A stretch of DNA of 63,470 bases, filler included, from Ministeria vibrans ATCC 50519 (GCA_943704425.1; 11 parts of 11 records of this genome joined end to end with filler, not necessarily neighbours in it); one strand, 5' to 3'. Positions 1-14,054 are shown, counted from the first letter of the whole stretch. Program-made: numbers and translations. The notes: generated by a model from the letters alone, not told the origin.

Positions 1-55
<55 letters not shown>
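1..55. repeat. (GA/CT)n microsatellite; many similar, mostly intronic tracts (e.g. 9885-9961, 15625-15708, 20332-20421, 40464-40539, 48900-48994, 57418-57488, 63262-63370)
   Basis: Read directly. Confidence 0.95.
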
Positions 56-56
<1 letters not shown>

Positions 57-239
57 AATTCGAACTGGGTCTCATTGTTTGGCTTATAGAAACGCGTGAA
101 TCCTGATAATTTTCTGAGTTTCCCTCAGGCAATTCCCATTGAATAATTTAATCACTCCCCCAAACGTAAACAAAAGTATATAATATTTACATTCACTCTT
201 ACGCTGACTTTCTTGAATACACATTTTGAGTCGTTTGTT

Positions 240-2569
<2,330 letters not shown>

Positions 2570-2787
2570 GTCGAAACACAAACCTATGTTGAGAAACCTG
2601 ACGCCACCAATGTCCACTCCTTCACTGGATCACCCACCCCCCACAGTGCCAAATGTATCAACAAGCAGGAAATTGATTAATTTGTATTTTGTTAACATAA
2701 GTATTGTTGTTACTTTTTTAAGAACAATCCAATGACCAATAATTAATAATAATAATTATTATTAAACTTCTGTATTTCTTTCATAAG

Positions 2788-4007
2788 ATGCCTCGAAAGA
2801 GAGGCGGCCAGCTGCCTCGAAAACCCTACCCTGGCGCATCGTCGAGCTACGATGCCTACGAGAAGGAACAGCCGCGCGAAATGGCGCCAAACGCAAGCTT
2901 TGCTGACGCCGCAAAAACAGTGACAGACGAAGCAATGCGCGCCATTCTGACTGCATCCACCCACTACGAAGCACTATCAGTGTCTCCCACAGCCTCCACA
3001 GACGAAATAAAGTCTGCGTACAGAAAGGTAAGCGAAAAAATTAATCGTTCCGCTTTGATCGGGGTTTTGACTTGACGGATCGTTGTGCAGCTCGCCCTTC
3101 GCTATCACCCCGACAAGAACGCCAGTCCCGGCGCCAACGATGTGTTCAAGCGGCTTGCTCAAGCGTCCGCCGTGCTCGGCGACCAAGGGATGCGTGAGTC
3201 GTACGATGTCAGTCTCACGCGTCCCACGACTGTCTCAGGCGCCGATGCCTTTGTGTTTAAGGAGCGCGACTTTGAAGTGGATCCCGACGAGGAGGCCTTC
3301 TTCCTTGAGAACTTCTTCACCACCTACTGCGGTCATGGGGAAGCGCTGGACGCGTCGCAGCTCCTCGAGCAGAAGCTCCTGTCGCCTGTGGTGCGCGAAA
3401 TGTTTCGTGACTACGCCGAAGAGATTTACCTGTCGCAAAAGAGGGCCAAGAAAATCAAATGGGTTGCCATCACTGTCTTCATTGTCATGTAAGAAAACAG
3501 GAGAAAAATAGCAACACACACACACACAAAAAGAAACTAAACATGACAAGCGCTGTAGACTTGTGCTGTCGTTGTGGAGTGCAGCAGGTTCGCTTCGGCT
3601 GCGCTCTGCGCCGCGATTTCATCTCATTCTCGACAATCCCGATGGCTTCAAGGCGAGCCGTACCACCAAAGATACGCACGTGCCTTATTTTATTGCTGAG
3701 AAGCTTTCACTTGAACTTGACTCAAACATTATTCAACGAAATCTTCTCGAAAAAGACGTAAGACAAACCAAAACGTTTGTTGTTCTTATCATGTTCCTGC
3801 GTACAGGTGAATAAGGAGTACAAACGACTGCAGCGCAACTGTGCAGGCGAAAGGCAGGCACGTGAGGCAGCAATGACCTTGGCCAAGCGGCACCACGACG
3901 CCGTTGCCATGGCCGATGCCGTTGCCTTAGCAACGCACTCGTGCACTCGCTTCACTCCCACGACAACGAAGAAGACGAAACACAAGAAGAAAGGGGGTGG
4001 CACTTGA
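2788..4007 (+). CDS. J-domain membrane protein, DNAJB12/DNAJB14-like (J domain, TM helix, DUF1977-like tail), 4 exons
   Basis: THYEALSV...EIKSAYRK|LALRYHPDKN (HPD motif); TM WVAITVFIV; tail VPYFI...LEKDV..EY..LQRNC resembles DUF1977. Confidence 0.82.
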
Positions 4008-4078
4008 AAGATCGCTCCTTCTTTCTCGTTTTGAAGTTTGTGCATTACAAAATCAGCTTGTACTACTTATAATAATCA

Positions 4079-5354
4079 TCAAACACGGCCATGGCTGATG
4101 TCCCTCTGGCGCGCGAGCGACTCGAGTGAGTCGTACGCCACCAGTGACACCCACTCGGGCAGAATGGACGCAAGTTCAAAGAGCGACTCAATGTGTGTTG
4201 TCTGAATGGTGTAAATGTACGTGACGGTGCCGCGAGGGAACTTTTGGATGCGCGCACTGACATTCTGTGGGGTGAGGGGGAGACCACCGCTCTTGTCGGG
4301 TCCGTCCCAATTGAAAGCATTCTTGAAAGCCACCACAGACTCGGGTTGGGCTGCGGTGCCTCCGACAAACTCATATGTCTTGCTCTTGAGCGGACGCAGC
4401 ATGGGCAACACCCACGGGACTGAGTCAAGGAAGAAGGCTCGCACACCCGTCACATTGCGTTTGAGCGCCTCTGCGCTGAACCGTGGATAGTACGTGTCAA
4501 AGGCGGCATTCCACCGCAGTTCCCACTCCCAGTGCACCGATCCAAACGTGTCCATGGCTCGTCCCGCCCGGTTCATGTTCACAACATACGCATCTTGTTC
4601 AGCCGAAGGGAAGTGGGCAGGGCTAGAAGAAAAAGAAAGTGTGAAACCCAAAACAGAAGTGATATATGTATATAAAAAACAACTCGTCATGGGGTTTGGG
4701 TACTAGCTGTAGAGAGTGCCACTGGGAGGAAAGACAAAGTGGTCGAGACCGTTGGAGATGTGAGCATGGCGGTAGAACCATTGGATGAGGTCGGGCCAGA
4801 GGAAGAGCAGGTTGGGGGAGGTGGTCCAGGAGAGGGGAAAGCAGGTGTCGGGGTGGGCAGCACACTGCTGGGCACGGTAGCGCATGTGGTCGGCCCCCGT
4901 CGCACTGGCAATGTCAATGTTGTCCATATCGCCGTACACAATCGCCACGTACACCTTGGACGCGTTGTAGACGAGCGCCTCCGAGGGTACCTGCTTGAGG
5001 GGCGGGTTGAGGCTCTCGGGGTAGGCGTCGGCGGCACCCTCGCCCCAGAACGACAGGCCGTTGGTGCCACTCGTGGCAATTTGGCCAAGCACATTGACAC
5101 AGTCTGTCTCAGCCTCAAAGAGGTCTCCGCCAAACAACGGGTGTTGCGAGTTGTAGCCGTACACGCGAATGGGTCGGGGCCAATGCGACGCATCAATCAC
5201 TCGCTTCAACAGCGCCTTCTCCGGCGAAAACGGGATACAACCGTTCTCCAAGTACACCGTAAAGAGACGCTCGCGAAAAATGTAGTCGACAAGGTTCCCG
5301 GTGGAGAGGTCGGAGTATTTTTGAAAGCAAAGTCCCTAGTAAAATGATAACAAA

Positions 5355-5385
<31 letters not shown>

Positions 5386-5460
5386 AAATAATTATTATTA
5401 TTATTATTATTATTATTGTATTTTATTATTATTATAATTATTATTATTATTATTATTATA

Positions 5461-5506
<46 letters not shown>

Positions 5507-6179
5507 AATAATTATTTTATTATTATTATTATTATTATTATTATGATAGCTGTTAAAATATCATTATTATTGTGTTTTTGCACTCTCACGTTTGTGTCGG
5601 CCAAATATGAGTCGGCCGTTGCCTGAACAGCCTCCATTTGACTGGGAAACGAGAAGTTGTAGGCCACTGTGGCCGAGGGAAAGAGTGGCAACAACGAGAA
5701 GTCGAGTGGGAGCGTGTCAGAGCAAGCGCAAGTCGTAATCCAACTTGGACAAACAACAAACAAACGGTTAGTATGCGCAGAAAACGACGCAGTTTGCTCG
5801 TTCTCACCTGCCAATGAGCCCGGCGTCGCTCGCATTGCCTCCAATCACGTGCCAGTGGGTCAGTGCTTGTGTGAGAAAGTCGTGCGCCGTCACATTCACT
5901 TGGGCTGCCTCGGGTTTGAGTTCAGTCAGCCAAGCGAGGTCGCGACTGCCCATCACACCAAAGACAGACGCTAAAAGGGTCGATCGCGTCAAGCAAGTAC
6001 ATGGCTGCTGTCTACTAACGGGGTGAGGGCCCTCGGTTGGCCAGGCCAATCGCTGCTTGGGCGGCCATTCGCACCGGTTTGGATTCGTGCTCTAGATCGA
6101 CAACCGTCACCGATGAGGGCGATCCCGTTGATCCGGAAGCCACAAGGGCGACGAAGAGGGCGGTGTAAAGGAGGTACAT
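4079..6179 (-). CDS. Secreted GxGYxYP-family putative glycoside hydrolase, ~5 exons
   Basis: Signal peptide MYLLYTALFVALVASG; AAIGLANR, LVDYIF, YVAIVYGDMDN, PLSWTTSP and spliced PPSGTLYS|YP match the family pattern. Confidence 0.7.
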
Positions 6180-6618
6180 GGTAAAGAATGGGATAAATAA
6201 AATTAAAAGAATAATAATTAAGAAGAAATTATAAAAATAAATAGAGAATCGAGAGCTGTACTCAATGTCAAAACAAAACTATATACAAAAAACAAAGAGT
6301 AACACAGTACTTCCGACGTAGAATTCAAATAATAATAGTAAGACAATAATAAAAAGCACTAACTAGTAGCTCGCCCGTCTGCAAGTCACAAAACCACTAC
6401 AGACGACCAAACGCACACGACTACTAGTCTACTACATTACTGCTCTGCCAGACATGACAAAAAAAACATGATACGTGACTACACGACGCTAGCGGAGAGT
6501 CCCTCGCCAGAAAGGTGACTGAAAGCGAACACAATCAAAATATAAACAATCAAAATAATATTGAAACTAAGGAAAGAATTGCTGTACAACGTCGATATCA
6601 ATGACACGAAAAAAAAGG

Positions 6619-7250
6619 CTACAATTTTCTGTCGTCACAGGCCAGACAATGATGGACTTTGCCTCCCGGTTTGCGTTTGTCGTCTCCAATCTTCTTGTGA
6701 ATGGCCTTGGCGCCAAAGAAAATACCCGCAGTTGCGCCTCCAACAACAACCACGCCTCCAGCAATGGCAAAGGCGAGCGGACCGCCCGCCAAGCCGACGG
6801 CCCCAATGCTTTGGCTGATGGCAACTACACTTCCAGACGCCACCCCACCGCCACTGGCAATGGCAGATGCGGACATCATGGAGGCTGCAGTACTGCCCGC
6901 GACAATGCCAGTGGAAGAAAACCCGGCGGCAGCCACCGCTCCAGTCACAGCGATCGGCGCAGCAACGCCCCCAGCAGTGGCGCCAGCGCCCACAGTCGTC
7001 GCCAAGAGAATGGCTGAAGGCTTGGAGGACAGATCCGCGCCGACAACGGCCGCTTTCAGAGCCGCAATGCCCTTTTCCGTGTTAAACGACTCCCCACTGG
7101 CATTACGAATGATCGGTATAATGCTGAGATTGTTCTCAGAGAAGCGAGTGAGACGCTCCACTTTACAAATTTCGGGGCACGCCTGCTCGACAAGATAGCA
7201 ATCTAGAATATCAGCCCGGATCATCTTGGAAGGGACGCGGAACCATTCCA
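6619..7250 (-). CDS. ISG12/IFI27 (Ifi-6-16) family membrane protein with N-terminal extension, probably 5'-partial
   Basis: GFSSTGIVAGSTAASMMSASAIASGGGVASGSVVAISQSIGAVG is the ISG12 motif; frame stays open to the contig end. Confidence 0.88.
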
Positions 7251-7350
7251 NNNNNNNNNNNNNNNNNNNNNNNNNNNNNNNNNNNNNNNNNNNNTTAATT
7301 AATTAANNNNNNNNNNNNNNNNNNNNNNNNNNNNNNNNNNNNNNNNNNNN
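7251..7350. other. Artificial contig linker; same linker at 9707-9806, 20232-20331, 24823-24922, 35378-35477, 37927-38026, 55091-55190, 56623-56722, 59448-59547, 60753-60852
   Basis: Identical N44-TTAATTAATTAA-N44 six-frame-stop spacer repeated ten times; genes are cut at these points. Confidence 0.98.
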
Positions 7351-7716
7351 ACTTGGACGCGTCCTCATCTCGCATTGTGATGAAGAAGGTACGCGGTGCC
7401 TTGGCGTTCTCCTCCAGCAGCAAACGCAACGGCGGCTCGATAACGAACTGAGATCCGCGAGAAAGAAATGAGTGGCTGTGTGCTGCGCTAGCTGGGGATT
7501 ATTGGTTGTCTATCTTTCTTCTATTGATGAAGCTGGTGGTGGTGCTGCCGTCGCAGACGCAGCCGGTCCCAGTACTGATGGTGCGCAAGGAGGCAATGGG
7601 AGCGGCGGTCGCGACGAGCGTGGTGCCAGCAAAGAAGACTCTACTAGAAGAGACATCTTTTTTTTCTATTATTATTAATAATTAAATAATTATTCTTCTT
7701 CTATTATTTATTCAGA

Positions 7717-8619
7717 ATGCAGTCTCTGACGTACGACGCCAAAGTACATGTGTTGTCGTGGTGCACGCCTGCTGTGGCTCTCGTTTTGCGAACAGTGGAC
7801 AAGGATTGGTGCAATGTTGTGACACACAATGGTTTTGTGACCATTCTTCATGATGAGGGTACGGACGAGTCGGCAAAGGCCTTGGAGGTGTTGTTGCAGT
7901 TGCAAAAGCAGCCAGAAGCATGGCAAGGTGCGTGGCGAATGCTGTCGAAGCGGGTGGAAGCCTTGCTTTCGCGGGCTTCTCATTTCGGGCTTTTTCGTGT
8001 CGTCTCGATGCTGGTGCACTGCACGGACTCGTCGAGGTATTCATATGAGGACGCTCTCACGAGTGCTTGTGAGCGAGGGCGAGCGGATGCAGTTGCTGAG
8101 ATTTTGAGGTGGGAGACAGTTTTTGTTGGCGATGGCATTGTGCGAGGAATGTGTGACGCGGCTGAAAATGGTCATCAGGCCGTTGTCGAGCTTCTGCTGG
8201 AGCATCCACGTACAAAAATTGGCGCGGAAATGGTTTCCGAGGCATTCTGTGCATGTTGTCGAGGTGGGCACGTTGCAATAGTGAAGATGTTCCTCGAGCG
8301 TCATGACACAGATGACTTGAGTCTCCATGAAGGCTTCGAGGAGGCGTGCGCAGACGGTCATACTGGCGTAGTCAAGCTTCTGGTGGAGGAAAGTCGAGTG
8401 GATCCGACAGCCAACAACAATTACGCTATCGGTTGGGCGAGCGAACAGGGTCATACTGGCGTGGTCCAAATTCTATTGGAGAACAAGCGAGTAGACCCAA
8501 GTGCCAATGAAAACTACGCGATCATACGCGCGACTGAAAATGGTCACAGAGCTGTCGTTGACCTCCTTGTGGCGGACGGTCGAGCGGATGCCACTGGGAG
8601 TCGTCACCCGCCATGTTAA
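7717..8619 (+). CDS. Intronless ankyrin-repeat protein with possible N-terminal F-box
   Basis: Repeats such as VDPTANNNYAIGWASEQGHTGVVQILL; N-terminus MQSLTYDAKVHVLSWC...LRTVDKDW has F-box-like spacing. Confidence 0.85.
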   Translation: MQSLTYDAKVHVLSWCTPAVALVLRTVDKDWCNVVTHNGFVTILHDEGTDESAKALEVLLQLQKQPEAWQGAWRMLSKRVEALLSRASHFGLFRVVSMLVHCTDSSRYSYEDALTSACERGRADAVAEILRWETVFVGDGIVRGMCDAAENGHQAVVELLLEHPRTKIGAEMVSEAFCACCRGGHVAIVKMFLERHDTDDLSLHEGFEEACADGHTGVVKLLVEESRVDPTANNNYAIGWASEQGHTGVVQILLENKRVDPSANENYAIIRATENGHRAVVDLLVADGRADATGSRHPPC

Positions 8620-8764
8620 ATGTATGTATGTATGGTCTGTTGTGTGTGGGTATACTCGAGCTCAACATATTGTATTCGTATTACAGTTCAATAGTTCTCA
8701 CTCTCCCAGTCTCACAAGCGCATATTTTGAGTTTTTCTTCAACGTCTCCGCGGCGCGACGATGC

Positions 8765-8787
8765 GGGTTAGGGTTAGGGTTAGGGTT
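8765..8787 (+). repeat. Interstitial telomeric repeat (GGGTTA)3-GGGTT
   Basis: Perfect TTAGGG-type units read directly. Confidence 0.85.
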
Positions 8788-9706
8788 GGAGAGCACAACG
8801 GCCGCGCCTCAAGTCATTGGTATTTGCCTCAGTTTATGTGCGCCATGGGAGCAGACTGGTGGGACAGGCCGATGCAAGACGTGAGGCAGCTCAAGCGACG
8901 GTCGACGAGCTCGGAAATGCCTTGATGGAGTGGAAACTGGACGATTGCACTCTGCGGGACGACGCTGCGGTGATTGTGGCGGGTGATTTCAACGATGCCA
9001 AGGCACAAGATCGGCAATGTGGCAGCCGCGCTGGGCGGGCGGTGGACGCTGGTGAAGTTATTGATGCTTTTCGGAACGTTGCTCAGACTCGTCTGATTGA
9101 CGTGTACGAAACGTTGGTATTGGAGAAGCATAGAAGGAGTGAACAGACACAGCAACGTGCAAACCATGCTGGTGGCGTGCTTGTCTCGACGGAGGCGGTG
9201 AGTGGAGCGCACGAAATTAATTGCGAGGAAGTGTGCTACAACCCTGGGCGCACATGGAGGAGATTTGGTCGTGGGTATGAGCCAAAGGCGGGCGGACGAA
9301 GCGACGATGGCGCTGGTGGCTCAACTGCAACGGCGGCGGGGTGTCGCGAGCGTCACGATGGTGGCGAAGCGTACGAGTCAGGGAGTGATGATGACACGGA
9401 GAACCATGCGGGGCCACAGCGGACAGCTAGTGCACATGGTGCAGCATCGGCGCGATTAGATCGCATTCTTTCGTCTGTGGGCACTCGGTGGCGAGCGAGT
9501 GGGGTTCAACGGCTGCTACCAACCGACTCGGATCATGCAATTTTGTGTGCGTCGTTTCAAACGTCGGAGATTTGCGCGCGCCAAGCTGCACTCAGGGCGG
9601 ACCTCACCGACGCGGGCCGTGCGGTGCGTCCTCTTGAGAAAGAGGAGATGATGGCAAGGAAAGCTCTGTACCATGCCACTGGCTGCGTGCCGCGTATTCC
9701 CCGAGC
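8788..9706 (+). mobile_element. Non-LTR retrotransposon fragment: APE (EEP) endonuclease ORF, 5'-truncated, runs off the contig
   Basis: FASVY, VIVAGDFN, LIDVY, RLDRIL and SDH motifs in order; intronless; N-terminal NxxG/QE motifs absent. Confidence 0.72.
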
Positions 9707-9880
9707 NNNNNNNNNNNNNNNNNNNNNNNNNNNNNNNNNNNNNNNNNNNNTTAATTAATTAANNNNNNNNNNNNNNNNNNNNNNNNNNNNNNNNNNNNNN
9801 NNNNNNTCTCTCTCTATCACTTGTATCACTTGTTTCTCCCTCGTTTCTCTCTGTCACTCTTTGTTACTCCTCCTTTCTCC

Positions 9881-9965
<85 letters not shown>

Positions 9966-9994
9966 CGCGGAGAGATTGCGAGGGATCGGCATAC

Positions 9995-10911
9995 CTCACG
10001 CGACATGATGCGGGCCATTTCTTGGATAAGTGTGGCGTTTCCCGTGGCGGCCATTCCCGTCACTTGTGGGAAGAGTGTGGAGTTGTAAGAGGGACCGAGT
10101 GTCTTGCGGATGGAACGGATGCCATGAAGACCCTCGGTGTGGTACGAGTATGGGGGGATGCCCAGTCGCTCGATGCCGGGCGTCACACTGTTGTGCGTGG
10201 ACGTGAACGTGTTGGTGCTCAACTGCACAAGTAGAGAATGAATGCAGTCCGGCCAGTTGCGCTTCCGTTTGTGTTGGTACCTGCTGAATCTTCTCTTGCA
10301 GCGACAAACGCGACACGAGGTCCGCTACACGTTCCGTGACACTCTTGGAGATATCGCAAAACGGCAGATGGCTGCTGGTGTGCGCCAGACACGCGACATT
10401 TTGCGGCGTTGTCAAGCAGAGTGGCAGGGCCGATGCGCTGTCGGCCAGGATGACTTGCGTCCCCTCCACACGCCATGTTTGACGCGGACGTTCGCCGCAT
10501 GTGTACATATTAATAGTGCCATCTGGGTTGGCGGTGAGACAGCGAGACATCATGCGAGGATTCGACGTGATCGTTCCATTGGCGTTCAGATGGAATTGCT
10601 ACGATGCCAATGTAAACAGACAAAACGCCGGTGCACTGGGCGACACAATGCAGTACCTGGTTGTAGCTTTGCTTGGTTGTGCAGTGCCAAGCACGCACTT
10701 GGACCCCGTCGCTGGCGTTGCGCTCGGCAATGTCCATGCAGACGGTGGCGTCGAGACTGTTGTGGAGCGCACCCGATGCGGAAAAGGTCCACTGCTGCGG
10801 CCCATAGCCCGGTGCGCATTCAATGACCATGGCAGGAACACCGTCGGAAATTTTGGCACATGCCAATGGCACGAGGGCGAGACCGATCAAGAGGATGGTC
10901 AACAAGCGCAT
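9995..10911 (-). CDS. Secreted GH3 beta-xylosidase-like enzyme with N-terminal ricin-type lectin domain, 3'-partial
   Basis: Signal peptide MRLLTILLIGLAL; ricin QxW repeats (CMDI...VRAWHC...YNQ); LPFCD...RVADLVSRLSLQEK, RLGIPPY...EGLHG, TLFPQ...AAT. Confidence 0.9.
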
Positions 10912-11168
10912 CGTAATAAACAATAATAATAATAATAAAAATAATAGTAATAATAATTATTATAGTATTAGTTTATAATTATTTTGGTAGTCAACTATAT
11001 AGTCATTACACTCAAATGAATCATAATAATAAATAAGGGTTGCAACTGCGGTTTGGTTCTTTGAAAGATCAGTCCATGTTGCGGAGATAAAATCGCTTGC
11101 GAGTGTATTCAAAAGGCAAGAGAAAGAAAAAAAGTACCAAAAAAAAAGAAAATCCGGATTTACGCACA

Positions 11169-12867
11169 CTATTGCTGCTGCATAAAATTCCAGCCGGATG
11201 TCGACGACGCGGGAGTTCCCGTCATGAAGTAAGGGGAAGGTTGGGTAGGGGCGGAAAAGTAGGCGGAAGTAGGGGGGATCAGAGACTGCTGCTGGAGAGG
11301 GTCAAGAAGAGTGGGGACGGGGGAGGATGAGCACATGGGCTGCTGCTGCTGCGATTGCTGATGGAACTGCTGCTGCCATTGCTTTTGAAGCGCCTGCTGC
11401 TGCTGGTGGTGGTGAAAGAAGAGTTGTTGTTGGTGGATTTGCTGCTGAAGATGACGCCAGTCGCGGATGGCCGCTCGCTGTTGCTGTTGAGAGCGGGTGA
11501 GCTCAGGGGAGCGGGGTGGAGTGAGTGCATTGGCAGCGGCACTCAGAAGGGACAGACCGCCACAGTCGGCTGACGTGGTGAAGGAAGCGGTGGGTGCTGC
11601 GATTGGAGCAGCGAACGGAGGTGATGTGCTGCAAGACTGAGAGGGATCGTAGACTTGCGGTGTGAAGGAGGAGGGAGCAGAGCAGTGCGTGGGGGCCGAT
11701 TGAGAGGAAAAGGAGGAACAAGACGCCGATGACGACGGAAGAGTACCCCTCGTAAGCATGGGTGAATGGGAAAGGGGGAGGGGTGCGCTCGGGGACGAGG
11801 TGGTGGCGGACAGACCCGAAATGGCCATGGGACTCTGCTGGGTGGCCGAGGCGGACGGCGAGCGCATGTGTGACGGACGCGGACGCGAGGCAATCGTTGC
11901 CGATGCAGTGGCGGCGCGCTGACGCTTGGGCGGCCGGGAGACAAGCTGTTGTGATTGGCCGGGGGTAGGCGACAGCGGGGGCGTGAAGTCGGGATGAGGA
12001 TCAGAGAAGATCTTTCCGTCGGGGTTGATGTAGAGACAGAGACCCGCATCGGAGATGAGTCGCAGTGTACCGTACTCTTTGAGCGCCTCCTCTTCGTAGT
12101 AGCACACGATTCGGAATTGGTCCTCGGTCGACGAAAGAGTTTCCCAGATGTACTTTTTCTTGAGCATTGTCCATTGAGGTAACCCATCCGCCTGCGGTTG
12201 GGCATGCTGCTGCGGCTGCTGCGGCTGGTAAGAGCCAGCCGGGAGTGCAAGCGAGAGGGAGGACGAGGATGCGGACGAGGTCGCCGATGAAGAATGGGAG
12301 GTTGCGGTTGCGGTTGCGGCAGTGGGTGCAACTTCGCGGTAGACACGAACCAGACCGCCAGGATGGACATCGTCGGCCCATCTGCGACCGTCAGTCCATC
12401 GCTTCACACGGGATCTAAACCATACGCAGGTCAGCGTTTCTTTCTACAATCGCAGTTTGGCCTGATACACATAGCGTCTTTTTTTTTTTTTATCGCTTGA
12501 CGCAAAAAAATAAGAACAAGGGCAAGGTGTCGCAACGCAGTCACACACGCACCACGCCCCCCGCCCCACTACAGGGCTGCAAAACACCCTCGCACGCGCA
12601 AAAAAAGGAAGCCGAGGAGGCCGGGGGAAGGCACAGTGGGATGTGCCCATATTGAGGCGCTCTTTTCACAAAAAAACAGAAGAAAAAAAATAATAATGAC
12701 CGAAAGCGTTTTAAGAAGAAGAAAAAAAGGACGCTATGGGAATTGTGTCGCAACCAAGGCAACACGAGTCAGCATACCTGCCCAGATGGTAGACAAAGCC
12801 CTGTCCAGGGGCAATGGAGCGCTGGTCGTGGATGCTGAGGCGTCCAGCGAGGCGTACGTGGCCCGCC
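11169..12867 (-). CDS. Gti1/Pac2 (WOPR) domain transcription factor-like protein with Ser/Gln-rich tail; first exon not resolved
   Basis: Exon 12867-12778 spliced to 12414 gives RLSIHDQRSIAPGQGFVYHLGR|SRVKRWTDGRRW...RVYREV; second box LKKK...RIVCYY. Confidence 0.75.
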
Positions 12868-14054
12868 CTACACAGAGTTCAGCGTCAGAAAAAAATAAGG
12901 GAGAAAGTTCAAAAACTTCAGGTGAAATGTCGATGCGGATTGGGCGCAATTCCCAACGAACACCCACAGGGCATCTCTGTGAAGGCAGTGGCGCAAAGGA
13001 GTTGAGCAATCGCACGCGCGTAAAGGGCACAGAAAACTCCGCGGATCCTACGGTCATTGAGACGTGGGTGCATAGCCGATGTCGCGCGCTACGAGGCACA
13101 TCGCGCGTATCGCGGACCACCAAAGGGTACAGGGGCATTGCACGAGAGGGTGGGGCGCGCGAGGCGAGCGATTGGGGCGGGAATGGGTGCAAGCGGGCGT
13201 CAGTGCAAAGCGGTGTCGTTGCCGCGACAAATCCTGGTGGTACAGACGCGCAGGAAGCGAACCCCGCCGCAATTGGCCCCCTCTTCGCCGCCGAGTCACG
13301 CACACTGGCGTGCTACCATGCCTCCAGCGATACGTCGAGTTCAACGTTACGCCATCCTCACATCACGACGGGACAGTTTTTTTTTCTTTTTTTGTTAAGC
13401 AATATCGCAAGAATAAAAAAAGGTACCTGGCACAGGAGAAGACGGCCTTGGCTTGCGCATCGGTAGCAACAAAGCCCGAGAAACTGAACATTGATGTCAA
13501 CAACGGAGACCGGCTCGCAGAAATGACACAAATAAAACTGATCTCGAAAAAATTATTATTCGGTTTTCAACTTTCACGTTTTACCGTCATGTGATCGTGA
13601 GCGAAAGCGACTCGTACGGCGCCTCTCAGCTACTCTCCGAATCAATGGGTGAACTAGGAATCATTTGCTACATTGTCTATTGGCCGTGTTTGGCATTGAG
13701 CAAAACAAGCTGACAGTCAATGGATTGGCGCTGTCGCTGACTTGATCCGGCCGATAAAAATATTGGCCTGATTGATAATCAATCCGACGGGAGAAAGATA
13801 AGATTGCGCCTCAAAAAAAATTGCGCGCGCCAGACGAGCCGTAGACGCACCAAAGCCCGTGTTCGGACTCCAAAGGGCACTTGGAACGTTGGCTAGACCC
13901 AGCCGGACAGACGCGCGTCACAACGATGAGACTGGAGCGCAGTCAGCTTTTCAAAGAGCCAAGTCAAAAGTGCGAGGTTGAAAATTCAAAAAATTTAAAA
14001 AAAATCTAAATATGGTCGACGTGTCGGTTGTTTTGTCATTGATAAGCATTTTTT

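Noticed and set aside
7251-7350. Recurrent TTAATTAATTAA palindrome within N runs
   Set aside because: Artificial six-frame-stop linker, not biological; no gene-cluster inference was made across linkers
7351-7680. Possible gene fragment at the contig start
   Set aside because: Coding-like composition, but no consistent frame or domain could be established
12636-13594. Several overlapping 100-276 aa ORFs upstream of the WOPR gene
   Set aside because: No recognisable domains; probably 5' exons, UTR or introns of the WOPR gene, whose first exon I could not resolve
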